Origin: Octopus sinensis
Lineage: Eukaryota
Length of the DNA: 64,000 nucleotides
Assembly (NCBI RefSeq): GCF_006345805.1
Contig: NC_043002.1
Span: forward strand, 70,556,001 to 70,620,000
Direction of reading: 5' to 3'
Shown here: piece by piece, positions 34,716 to 46,529 of the stretch
Position numbering within the stretch: the first letter of the stretch is position 1
Layout of the letters: each line of letters begins with the position of its first letter
Translations under genes and position numbers: made by a program
Notes under the pieces: model-generated
Databases searched by the model: none
Seen by the model: the letters and a program-made list of their open reading frames with translations, nothing else
Told to the model about the DNA's origin: nothing

Positions 34716-35659
34716 ATAGAGAGAGAGAGAGAGTATAAATATATACATAGAAATATATATATATATAATATATATATATACATATATATGCATTTATATA
34801 TATATACATACATATGTATATGTATATATGCGTGTAAGCATATGGTGTGTGAATATTTGTGTGTGTGCGTGTGTTTGTCTATGTGAGAACGTGAGGGGTG
34901 TGTTAGTGAACTAGCTTTACATCTAAACCAAAGTTCAGAATATTTAGCCAAACAGACGATCAAAAACAAAAACACTCAAAATAGCAGAAAACAGATGTTT
35001 CCAAAAGTATTGGAATGGTTAATATTCGATTGAATAGTTGAGTAACCCGCGGGGTTGCGATATATATAGTAATGAAATATTGATTTTATCTTTGCCATCA
35101 GAATATCTTGCATAATTATCGATTTCCTTCGAAATAAGATTCTAAAACTTATATGCTTTCTGGTGTTCTCTATCGAGATACTTGAAGAGTTTTTTGGTAG
35201 GTTTTATTCACCCTCTTAGAAAATAGACATCATCCTACATTTCTCTTACTACTGCTTCTGTTTCAGTAGCTCAGAGAGATAAAGAAGCATTTGCACAAAC
35301 ATAGACATATGATGAGATATCTTCAAGTATATGCATACATTCAAATGTTACATATTTATGAGTGCGCAGAGATACCTGATTGTCTCTTTGTTTATCTCAC
35401 TCACTCTCTCTCTCTCTCTTACTGTCTACACATACACGCGTGCGCGCGGAAACACGCACACACACACACACACACATATATATATGTATATATTATATAT
35501 ATATATATACATATATACGGACACACACACGCACATACATATATAAAACACATTGAGTCGTCCCATATGTAATGCTGTATTTTATACTACTTCTTTTATT
35601 GTTCAAAATTAAGATAAACAAATTTCTTGTTCAATCTAAAATATATTCTCCTTCATTTT

Positions 35660-36076
35660 CTACAATGCTCTTCCATCAATCTAGTACACTTGCGAGGCTC
35701 CACCTCTTTCAAAGTTCACTTGTCCACGACGAAATATACCCCTGCAGTACTGTTCTGACCTTGTCTACAAATTTCATATTTTTTCTGTCCAAATGATTTT
35801 GTAGTCTGCGGATTAAATGTTAATCAGATGGGGCAATGCCCGGTTAATATGGTGGGTAGCGCATCGTTTCCTGTTCAAATTGCTCCAGCCTTTGGAATGT
35901 CATTCTCGCTGTATGTGGCCGAGCATTATCCTGATGGAAGAACACTTTTCGTCTTGAAATGAAAAGTAGTCGTTTTTCTTGAGCTGCTCAGGCTGGTCGC
36001 AGTAGATCTCCTGGTGTTATTGTTTGGTTTGGGTTTAAAAGTTCAACGTGGACTAAACCTTTCATATCCCACCAAA
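35660..36076 (-). pseudogene. Mariner (DD34D) transposase C-terminal remnant
   Basis: The reverse strand reads VWWDMKGLVHVELL...FHQDNARPHTAR...YPPY*PGIAPSD*HL. Confidence 0.8.
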
Positions 36077-36476
36077 CTTACATATTTTTTCATAATATTT
36101 TACCTCACAACTTTTTTAATACAAATTCTTGTTGCATGGAAACAAAACTATGAAATTCTTCATGCATTCTTCTATCGTTGAAGCTAAGATACATCAGTTA
36201 TTTAGATCTAAACTTGATTGGTGGCCTTACTCACTCTCCTATAACGTTGCTACAGATTTTGATGTAAACTTTCTGCAACAGGATCAAACCTCAATTTTAT
36301 GCCAAAACGTAACTAAGGACCAGCCGTCTTCAACAATGTTAACACTTTTCAACTTGGTTAACAACTGAATTACCGACAAGCTCTGAAAGATGTTACATGT
36401 GAGTAAAGATATTATTCATCTACTACAGTAGTTGAATAATTTATGTATTTTCTCATTCTCTCTCTCTCTCTCTCCC

Positions 36477-36561
<85 letters not shown>

Positions 36562-36577
36562 TTATCTATATCTATCT

Positions 36578-37035
36578 TTCAGAAATTGAAAACAGAGGGT
36601 TCCCCACTTGCAAACAAATGTGGTAACATATAACAATATTGACCAAGGTTACCGTGGTCTTTTTCGTAGGCTTTTCTTCCCACGGATAAACCTTACTTGC
36701 TTTCCCCTTTACACCATATATCATAACACTGTGATACACGATCCCTATTGATCGTTTTTTTTTCCTCTTCCCCTTTTTTCTTCTTTTTTCATTTCTCTTT
36801 TCTTGTGTTCCTTTTCCTTTTCTTTTTTTTCTTTTTATTTTTTAATTTTTAATTTTATTTATTTAATTAAATTTTTTTTTCTTTTCTTCCCTTTTACGAT
36901 CCCTCTTAATCGAAAACCTACGCCCCCCCTTTTTTGTTTCTTTTGCTTTTTGTTTTTTCCATCCCCCAAAAGAAAAGCTCTACCTTGTAACTTGTCCCAT
37001 CTGTGTGCATCCCTGTGTGGCTAATAAAGAAACTT
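36578..37035 (+). mobile_element. 5'-truncated Tx1 3' UTR inserted in (TCTA)n
   Basis: Homologous to 32300-32553 (CCGTGGTCTTTT..GTAGGCTTTTCTTCCCA; CCCTGTGTGGCTAATAAAGAAA). TCTA arrays lie on both sides. Confidence 0.82.
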
Positions 37036-37036
37036 A

Positions 37037-37071
<35 letters not shown>

Positions 37072-37116
37072 ATATCTATCTACCTAACTACCTACATACT
37101 TATCTATCTATCTATT

Positions 37117-37192
<76 letters not shown>

Positions 37193-37218
37193 AATTTATC
37201 TATCTATCTATCTATCTA

Positions 37219-37268
<50 letters not shown>

Positions 37269-38677
37269 CCAGAACTACTTACCTCCCTTACAAATAATCT
37301 TTTTTCTCAGGAACTATAAACCTGACACCGTATATTAACCGGTGTTGTTCAAACGATGAATAGCCTTCGCGTAAAACATCGTTTCGTTTTGTTCTCTTAC
37401 TTTATTATCATCTTATAATCATCTCATAATAATGACCTTTATGACTCGTATTACTACCTCAGTCAATCTAAATGTATATATTTGTCACTACCTGTCATAA
37501 ATAGCTTTTTTCTATTTGCAATATGCATTTTCGTTGATTTTTCATATTTTACCCTTACATTTCCAAGTGTATTTTATATTTTCTTTTTGTATCATATTTC
37601 TACTATATATATATATCTGTGCGTAGGTCTGTCTCTGCGTATATACATAGGTGTAGATACGCACATACGCACACATGCATATATGTATGTATACATACAT
37701 ACGTTTATATACATAGATATATGTATGTTTATATTTAAACGTCTACCTAGCTTCAAGAACATTGAATGAATGTCGTTGTTAAACATTGAATGAATATTTA
37801 ATAACACATTATTTTTATAGATGACCATTTTATAGATGACTCTCTGCGTAGATTCAGGTTCAATCTACGAGAAGCAAGCATATTTATTAAAAAAAAACAT
37901 TCCAGCTGTGACCATCCAAATTCATTTTAACGTTCTATCAATATATTCAGGACGAAATTATCCTACGTTGATGTGCTGTTCTTATATATTTTCTCTATTC
38001 AAGATAACTCTTAAAGTCATCTGAACGTTAAACTCCTCAAAACTCACAGGTACTTTCCGAAGCCATATTGTTCAGGATACACCTGAAGTATGTTTAGGCT
38101 GATTGGAGGCAGGATATAAAGTAAAGAAAAAAAAAGATGCTGGTAAGAAATATACCAAGTCTGCTAATATATAAAGCTTACCAATTCACTGACGTCGTAA
38201 CTATACTCTCAGCTGGTGCAACAAGTGTAGGAATCAGAAAGTTGTGCTGCCATTAGTAAGCTTGTTCTGAAACTGAACTTTCATAGATATGTGTTGTACT
38301 GTTCTACTATACGAAGTACATATGCAATTAAGAGTTTGGTATTGAAAAACTTTATTTGTTCGAGCAATGTGTTCAACTTTTAGAATGTTAGCATGGCTTT
38401 GCCACTTACGGATGATAGCATGAGAATGGTTGTTGCAATTTTGAGGAATTTCTGTTTCGTACATGGGCTGTATTGGGAACCGCGTACGATTCATTTCATA
38501 ATATGTTCCCGTTATTTCATGCTTTTTGATTAGAGGTTTCAACCTTTTCCACATCTCTATGTTTTAGAAACGATTATCGCCTACTCTGTGATTTATAGAA
38601 GAGTTATCCATGTGTGACGTTAACAATTAGCGAGATAAATTGACCCACATCGCTATTGCAAAACACCTTAAAATCCA

Positions 38678-39075
38678 TACTCTTTACTCTTTTACTTGTT
38701 TCAGTCATTTGACTGCGGCCATGCTGGAGCACCGCCTTTAGTCGAGCAAATCGACTCCAAGACTTATTCTTTGTAAGCCTAGTACTTATTCTATCTGTCT
38801 GTTTTGCCGAACCGCTAAGTTACGGGGACATAAACACACCAGCATCGGTTGTTAAGTGATGTTGGGGGGAACAAACACAGACATACAAACACACATATAC
38901 ATATATATGCATATACATATATATGCATATACATATATACGACGGGCTTCTTTCAGTTTCCGTCTACCAAATCCACTCACAAGGCTTTGGTCGGCCCGAG
39001 GCTATAGTAGATGTGGACTGAACCCGGAACCATTGTTGGTAATCAAGCGAATTAACACACAGCCACTCCTGCGCC
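38678..39075 (-). mobile_element. SINE family C
   Basis: Colinear with 40229-40650, with an internal deletion in the head. Confidence 0.85.
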
Positions 39076-40228
39076 AGTAAATATTCATAATATTCAACTG
39101 TCACATATCGCCAAGCCAACGGCTTTCAGTTTTTTTAAACCGATTTCGTGTTCAACATGGACCACTAAAACTCCTTTCCCGAAAAACATACACACAGTCA
39201 CACGTAGACATTCGTGCATGCATACGTTCACGTAAACACAGAGCTTAAAATAAGACAGACATATGTCTTCAGTAAGTACATGAATTCAATTTAATATTAA
39301 GTGAAAAAGTCATTAAAAAACTCCTTTCTCTTACATTCTGTGTATTGTCACTAGTGTAGTTTTTACAATAAAACAGCAAATAATGGGTTGTCGTTCTTTG
39401 TTCAGCTGTTATATAGCAACTTCTTCATTAAGTAAAACACTGAAAGCACTGAAAATTCCATTACTGAGTCCACGGATAAAGAATTAAATTCAGTGACATC
39501 CCTGATAAGTACCAAAGACGTGTTCATTCGAGTCACTGTAATTTGTCTATTCAACTTCATTTTATTTCAATTCAGCTAATTGAAATACTATACAAATCCT
39601 GGAAAAAAAATTAAACCAGGTCTTATTATGCATGCACATAGGTTCTGAGAATTAGTAAAACTTACTTTTCAAATGTAGAGAACCAAAAGTGCAGTGGAAG
39701 ATTGCTGGGAGCAGGAGAAATAACGTTGAATGCATTATCTGTTATTATTTATATTATGTTGTTCTGTGTAAGTAATGACGTCATCGCGTAGATTTTTCAA
39801 ACATGCCAATCAATACGTCACTGATCTTATAATGGTGATGATGATGTGTGATTGTACGTGTGTATATGAGTTCATGTGTATGCATATATTATTATTATTA
39901 TTATTATTTCGCTGAGATATAGTAATACTAATGACATGTTAGAATTTAACATACTAGTTGTGTACATTAGCAGTAAGCTAAAGAAATTTATGATATAATT
40001 TTTTATCCTTTTGTCATTCCAATTGTCATGCAAACATATACATGAGTAAGCACATAAATGCAAAACAAGGTGGAGAAAATAGTACTCGAATACTTAAGGT
40101 AGAGCAATGTACTTTTTGCAAAACTTTCAGAAAACTATTACTATGAGTTTCATGTTCCCCTTCGTTGGTCACTTGTGATGAATATTGTTTGCGTGTGCGT
40201 ACATGTATAAGTATATATATATGCATGT

Positions 40229-40650
40229 ATACTCTTTACTCTTTACTCTTTTACTTGTTTCAGTCATTTGACTGCGGCCATGCTGGAGCACCGCCTTTAA
40301 TCGAGTAACTCGACCCCGGGACTTATTCTTTTTTGTAAGCCTAGTACTTATTCTATCGGTCTCTTTTGCCGAACCGCTAAGTAACGGGGACATAAACACA
40401 CCAGCATCGGTTGTCAAGCAATGCTAGAGGGACAAACACAGACACACAAACACACACACGTACATATACATATATATACATACATACGACAGGCTTCTTT
40501 CAGTTTCCGCCTACCAAATCCACTCACAAGGCTTTGGTCGGCCCGAGGCTATAGCAGAAGACACTCGCCCAAGGTGCCACGCAGTTGGACTGAACCCGGA
40601 ACCATGTGGTTGGTAGACAAGCTAGTTACCACACAGCCACTCCTGCGCCT
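40229..40650 (-). mobile_element. SINE family C (full length)
   Basis: tRNA head (AGGCGCAGGAGTGGCTGTGTGG...GGTTCAGTCC), CORE-like CCTTGGGC.AGTGTCTTC, Nin-like domain and (AGAGTAA)n tail. Confidence 0.88.
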
Positions 40651-40779
40651 GTATATATAAATATATACCTTTTTTATTTTATTTTCCTCTTTTATTCTTT
40701 TTTATTTTCTTCTTTTCTCACCTATTCCTTTTGCACATTCTCCTCATTTTCACATACATATCTATTCTCTTCTCTCTAT

Positions 40780-41240
40780 CTACTAAATACTACCACTACG
40801 TTCACAAAATTTCATTCACATCACGAGACACATTTGAAAGAACAGCACGTGGAATCTATGTCTCCATACTTTCCATTTGTAATAACAAAATATGAACGCC
40901 TACCGGAATTTACATATCACGGACAACAAACATTTCTACCATTTCTACTCACCACTTTCATTGGATAATGGAACTGCAAATCTAGCATCCTACATATATT
41001 TTTACTTTTATTTTGATTCTCTTTAATATCCCCTTATACTTCTTATTTCTACCATTTTCCAACAGAACTCTTTATATTGAACTCTACTATTTCCTTCTAT
41101 TTAACTCTCTCACATCGTCTCTGATGAAGGGATATCCCTAACATCCCAGAAACAGCTGTAAGATTAACTTTATCTTTATAAATGCCCTGAAAATTCAACA
41201 CAGGTTTGGATTTGTTGTCTCAATTTATTTAACACATACC
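40780..41240 (+). mobile_element. Probable Penelope-like element 3' remnant (GIY-YIG C-terminus-like plus pseudo-LTR)
   Basis: The weak peptide HWIMELQI*HP resembles the WI..L.T..P end of PLE GIY-YIG domains and is followed by a hammerhead motif at 41118-41163. Confidence 0.45.
41118..41163 (+). ncRNA. Minimal type-I hammerhead ribozyme motif
   Basis: TCT-CTGATGA-A-GGGAT(loop)ATCCC-A-GAAAC-AGCT-GT-A-AGA gives an intact core, stem II, palindromic stem III, GUA triplet and a 3-4 bp stem I. Confidence 0.65.
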
Positions 41241-41400
41241 CACACTCATACGTATATATATTGTTTACAGTTCAAATATATGGCTCTGTGGTACGAAGCC
41301 TACTTCCAAACAACATGGTTCTGAGTTCGGTTCTACTACAATCCCGACCAAATCCTTGTGAATTAACTTGGTAGACAGAAACCGAAAGAACACCCCGTCG

Positions 41401-41434
<34 letters not shown>

Positions 41435-41918
41435 ATATATACATATTATTTACACATTAATATATATATATATATATAATTAGTTTCGTGTTTTAAGATA
41501 CATATAATTGACATGTTATATGTATATAACATGTCATCTTTCTCGGCTCAATCTTTCCGGCTCAGGTCATACGCTAGCTGTATTTTCATAACAAGAAAAA
41601 CAAGACTATGACATACCATGAGGAGAAAAAAAAACGGACGCAAAAAACCCCCCAAAAAACCAAGGCTTATGCAAAAGTGCAATGAGAAGAAAGAAAATAA
41701 AAGTAAGAAAGCTAAGATTTCCGCTCTCTTTGACTGTAGAAACTTTAATAAAGGTAGCCAGCGCAGAATATAACAGAAATGAGGCCAATGTAGGCGAAAT
41801 AGCAACTTAAACTTTTCTTTGTCCTTGTTCCACATTTTGCATCATTTTGCATACACACACACACACAGACACACAGACACAGACACACAGACACAGACAC
41901 ACAGACACAGACACACAC

Positions 41919-41980
<62 letters not shown>

Positions 41981-41981
41981 C

Positions 41982-42325
41982 TATCAAAACGCCCCTCGTA
42001 CAATGGACGTTGCTGAGTTGTCAAACATTTAAACCAAATTTTCTCAAAACAACTTGTCCGACCGTCCCATAGGCCTCCCCTTTGAGAAACACTGATTTAA
42101 TCTAAATTTGAGACACCAAAGAGGCCTTTTTTTGCGCAAAATGCACGTTCCCACGGCTTTATCCATTGCGTTCTCACCTGGAATAAATTTTTGTACATTT
42201 TCAAGACTTGAACACGCCCTGATACCGTCGGTATCTACATCTCAAATTTGAGCGCAAACGGATGTAGAATGCCCGAGATCCTAGAAGATACACATACAGA
42301 CAGACAGAACAGATTTATATATGAT
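41982..42325 (+). mobile_element. Possible non-autonomous Helitron-like element
   Basis: Lies in (TA)n. The 3' part TCAAATTTGAGCGCAAACGGATG...ACATACAGACAGACAG resembles Lep1/DINE-type Helitron ends (recalled). Confidence 0.4.
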
Positions 42326-43118
42326 ATATATATATATAAATATATATATAGCATCATTAAATGTTGTATATATATATATATATATTAATATGAATATATG
42401 TATGTATATTTATATATTTGTATGTATATAAGTTTGTATATATATATATATGTATATATACACACATATATATATATATACATATATATATACATATATA
42501 TACATAATATATATATATATACGCACATACATACATACATAAATACATACTTACATACATACATATATGTATACGTATTTATATCTACGTATATGTAGGT
42601 GTGTGTCTGTCAGTCTGATTACATAAATACCTATTTACATGCTATGCCAAACATTTTACAACTATTATATATAAGTTAATTTTGCAAATTAGACACACGC
42701 TCGACTGTAAAATGCTTTATTTATTCTGAATAATTCGTTCAACAGTCACTGTTCATGATGTCAGGGGATATTGATGTTATTGAAGTAATTTTTCATTGTG
42801 CACAGGCAGCCGACTGTTGTAGAAGAATTCAAATTATGAAATCAGGCAGATTATTCCTCTGCAGACTATGACGTATTGGCGGAGACAATGAGTGAGTTTT
42901 GGAAACATCAGTAGCGAAGAAAAAAATTGAAATGGACCAGTGATTCTTGTATTTTTTCTTCGACGGTCGATTCTATTTCTCGATATGCGTCTAGGGTAAA
43001 CCTGATTCTGTTTAGTAGTATCATATTTTATCTCTTACAAATTATTTCTCTGTGTACGTAAATATTATACCGTCGTTTACACATACATGCACAAAGATAA
43101 ATATTTGTATATATATAT

Positions 43119-43153
<35 letters not shown>

Positions 43154-43651
43154 GAGTAAGTGTGTGTGAGAGGGCGATAGAGAGATACATAGATATAATG
43201 TGATATTTCTGATGGCAATAACACTAATGTATAGAAGTCTAACTTACATAATATATACAAGACAATGCAGCATTGAAAGCAGTTACCAGAGGCAAAAGTT
43301 TCAACTACTTCTTGAATAAAGGACAGATAAATATAAATCATTTAGTTCGACGTTCTACTGTTCTGACAACTTTCAGCCTAGACATATGCACATAGTCACT
43401 AGAAATTACGGAAAATATCTTTTGTTTAATATCGGAAATTTATATCCCTCTCGAAAGGGTGGTCGGTGAACTTTGACTTCCATTATTTTTATAGAGTTTT
43501 TACATGCTAAAGAAATAAAAAAAAAATACATATATACCAAGAAATATCTTTCTGATGCAAGACTGAATTCTTTCTCTGCTGTGAATTGATATATCAATGT
43601 TTTAAAATCATAATCTTCATGTTTATAGGTATCTTTTTAGTATGTAAGAAC

Positions 43652-43682
<31 letters not shown>

Positions 43683-43701
43683 CTATCTATCTATCTATCT
43701 A

Positions 43702-43740
<39 letters not shown>

Positions 43741-43773
43741 GCCTGTCTGTCAATCTATCTATCTATCTATCTA

Positions 43774-43818
<45 letters not shown>

Positions 43819-44106
43819 TTGTCTGTCTGTCTCGCTCTCTCTATATATATATCCTATATATGTGTTTGTGTATATATTATCACCACACAGACACACATAC
43901 ACACTGATACACACACACATACACATACCCTCACTCACACACATATGTATGTATACATGTGTATGTATATATGTATGTGCAGATATATCTGCTTATGCAC
44001 GCGTTAATTTTCTGAAATCTTCAGAAAGTACTTGTCTCGACAGCTAGATGTTCACACACTTTTACATTTCCATACCGTGATGAACATGTCATAACAAGTG
44101 TCAATT

Positions 44107-44609
44107 GGTACAGTTATACATTTAAGAGTTGAGGAATTATGTAAATTATTTACATTATTTATATGATTTACATTCAAGGGATATTTGTCCTCATCTTGTT
44201 TGTTCTTAACACAAAGTTTCGGCTGATATACCCTCCAACCTTCTTCAGGTGTCTTAAGGAAATTTCGAACTCGCGTTCTTATTCCTAAGGTATTCTTCGA
44301 TATTATTATTATTATTATTATCATTATTATTATAATTATTATTGTTCAGGTAATATGCCCATGGGCATATGGCGTAGTGGTTTAGAGCGCGGGGTACTAA
44401 CCCCAAGATTCAGAGTTCGATTCCAAGCAGTGACCTGAACAATAATAATTATAATTATAATATCATCGAAGAATACCTTAGGAATGAGAAACCGGGTTGG
44501 AAATTTCCCCAAAATACCCGAAGAAGGCTGGAGGGTGAAACAACCGAAACGTTGTGTTAACAACAAACAAGATGAGGACAAATATCCGTCGAATGTAAAT
44601 AATGTAAAT
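44107..44609. mobile_element. Head-to-head inverted dimer of a tRNA-headed, hammerhead-containing SINE-like unit, 11-bp TSD
   Basis: Arms ~44107-44357 and ~44360-44609 are reverse complements. The centre is the palindrome ATATGCCCATGGGCATAT. A/B boxes TGGCGTAGTGGTT and GAGTTCGATTCC are in the right arm. AAGTGTCAATT occurs at 44096-44106 and 44610-44620. Confidence 0.85.
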
Positions 44610-44670
44610 AAGTGTCAATTAGGTTATGCAGAATAGACATACGTGCGCGCGAATATATAAATATAAATAA

Positions 44671-44702
<32 letters not shown>

Positions 44703-44829
44703 ATGTGTGTTCTTACTACCGGTATCATCTGCCTATGTTATCCCTGGGCATGGGTATGCAAGCACACTGTGCTCATATGATGCAGGTAATAACGGAATAA
44801 ACAAAAGTTTATCAGGACTCAAATTTAAA

Positions 44830-45030
44830 TAAGCAGAAAATGGAGAAAACTTTTGGTCAACAAATTGACCAACATCGGCTAATTAAATTTTAATACAAAA
44901 CATAACATAACATTAAATAACATTTCTTACGGCCGTTACGGCAACCAATGTCTATCGGTGCTTACGAAGAAAATTCTGAAAATAATACTAACCATTCTTA
45001 TAACACATTCTATCTAGTATGTGGTCTCTT
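44830..45030 (-). mobile_element. Older copy of the repeat found at 46100-46300
   Basis: Diverged reverse complement of 46100-46300 (GGAGAAAACTTTTG, ATTGACCAACATCGG, CATTTCTTACGGC, GAAAATTCTGAAAATAA). Confidence 0.7.
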
Positions 45031-45046
45031 GAATATTTCAGTAAGT

Positions 45047-45432
45047 TTTGGAAGCACTCCGTCGGTTCCGACGACGAGGGTTCCGGTTGATCCGATCAAC
45101 GGAACAGCCTGCTCGTGAAATTAACCTGTAAGTGGCTGAGCACTCCACAGACACGTGTACCCTTAACGTAGTTCTCGGGGATATTCAGCATGACACAGAG
45201 AGTGACAAGGCCGGCCCTTTGAAATACAGGTACAACAGAAACAGGAAGAAAGAGTGAGAGAAATTTGTGGTGAAAGAGTACAGCAGGGATCACCACCATC
45301 CCCTGCCGGAGCCTCGTGGATCTTTAGGTGTTTTCGCTCAATAAACACTCACAACGTCCGGTCTGGGAATCAAAACTGCGATCCTACGACCGCGAGTCCG
45401 CTGTCCTAACCACTGGGCCATTGCGCCTCCAC
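45047..45432 (-). mobile_element. SINE family A with 12-bp TSD
   Basis: ATTTCAGTAAGT occurs at 45035-45046 and 45433-45444. Confidence 0.88.
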
Positions 45433-45844
45433 ATTTCAGTAAGTACACCGTTATAAAACTCTATGGGTTCGGTTTTGGATAAATATTAATTATCTCTATT
45501 TACGAAATTATAATTACTATTCGTTTTCCAGACCGGTTTCGATTCCCAGACCGGGCGTTGTGAGTGTTTATTGAGCGAAAACACCTAAAGCTCCACGAGG
45601 CTCCAGCAGGGGATGGTGGTGATCGTTTTCTAGATATATTGGAGATTACTGTTTTTCTTCAGGACTAGTTTTATCCTACTACTGTTTATACACTCTCGTA
45701 CCCCTTCATAAATTTTTTTCTCTATCGACTTCAATCTTCATACTGCAAAATGATATGGTTCTAATATATTGAGCCTTCTGGCCTCATCTCGAGGCCCTGT
45801 TTTTACATCATCCCTCCTCCCTTCGTTTTTTTTATATGTATTTG

Positions 45845-45901
45845 TATTACACCTGCTTGTTGTTTGCACACCTGACTTCGTCTTTTGTTGTTTGTAAATT
45901 C

Positions 45902-45932
<31 letters not shown>

Positions 45933-45937
45933 GTTTG

Positions 45938-45971
<34 letters not shown>

Positions 45972-46415
45972 TGTATGTATGTATGTATGAGCAGAACATG
46001 GAGAAAACTTTTGATCAACAAAGAAATTGACCAACATCGGTTTAATACATTGACCAACAAAGGTGTAATACATATTAATACATATTCACCCTGATGAAGC
46101 TCCATGTACTAGACAGAATGTGCTATAAAGATGGCGACTGTTATTTTCAGAATTTTCTTTGTAAGCACTGCCTGACATCGGCAATCGAAACAGCCGTAAG
46201 AAATGTTACGTAATGTTATGTTATGTTTTGTATTAAAAAAGAATTAACCGATGTTGGTCAATTTCTTTGTTGATCAAAAGTTTTCTCCATGTTCTGCTCA
46301 TACATACATACATACATACATACATGCAAACATATATATATATATATATATATTATTGGAATTTACAAACAACAAAAGACGAAGTCAGGTGTGCAAACAA
46401 CAAGCAGGTGTAATA
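45845..46415. repeat. Long near-perfect inverted repeat (arms 45845-46042 and 46246-46415, ~200-bp spacer)
   Basis: The arms are identical except for the lengths of the embedded (TA)n and (TATG)n tracts. Confidence 0.9.
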
Positions 46416-46494
46416 GTTTAACGCTCGGGAAGGTGACAATGTCTTTCTCGTTTCGAGCCTAGGCTCTTCAAAATAAAAAAACACACGAGAAAAT

Positions 46495-46529
<35 letters not shown>

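Noticed and set aside
33228-37338. Many YI/IY/LSIY-repeat ORFs (also 41745-43986, 45738-46105, 63692-63994)
   Set aside because: These are artefacts of stop-free (TA)n, (CA)n and (TCTA)n frames.
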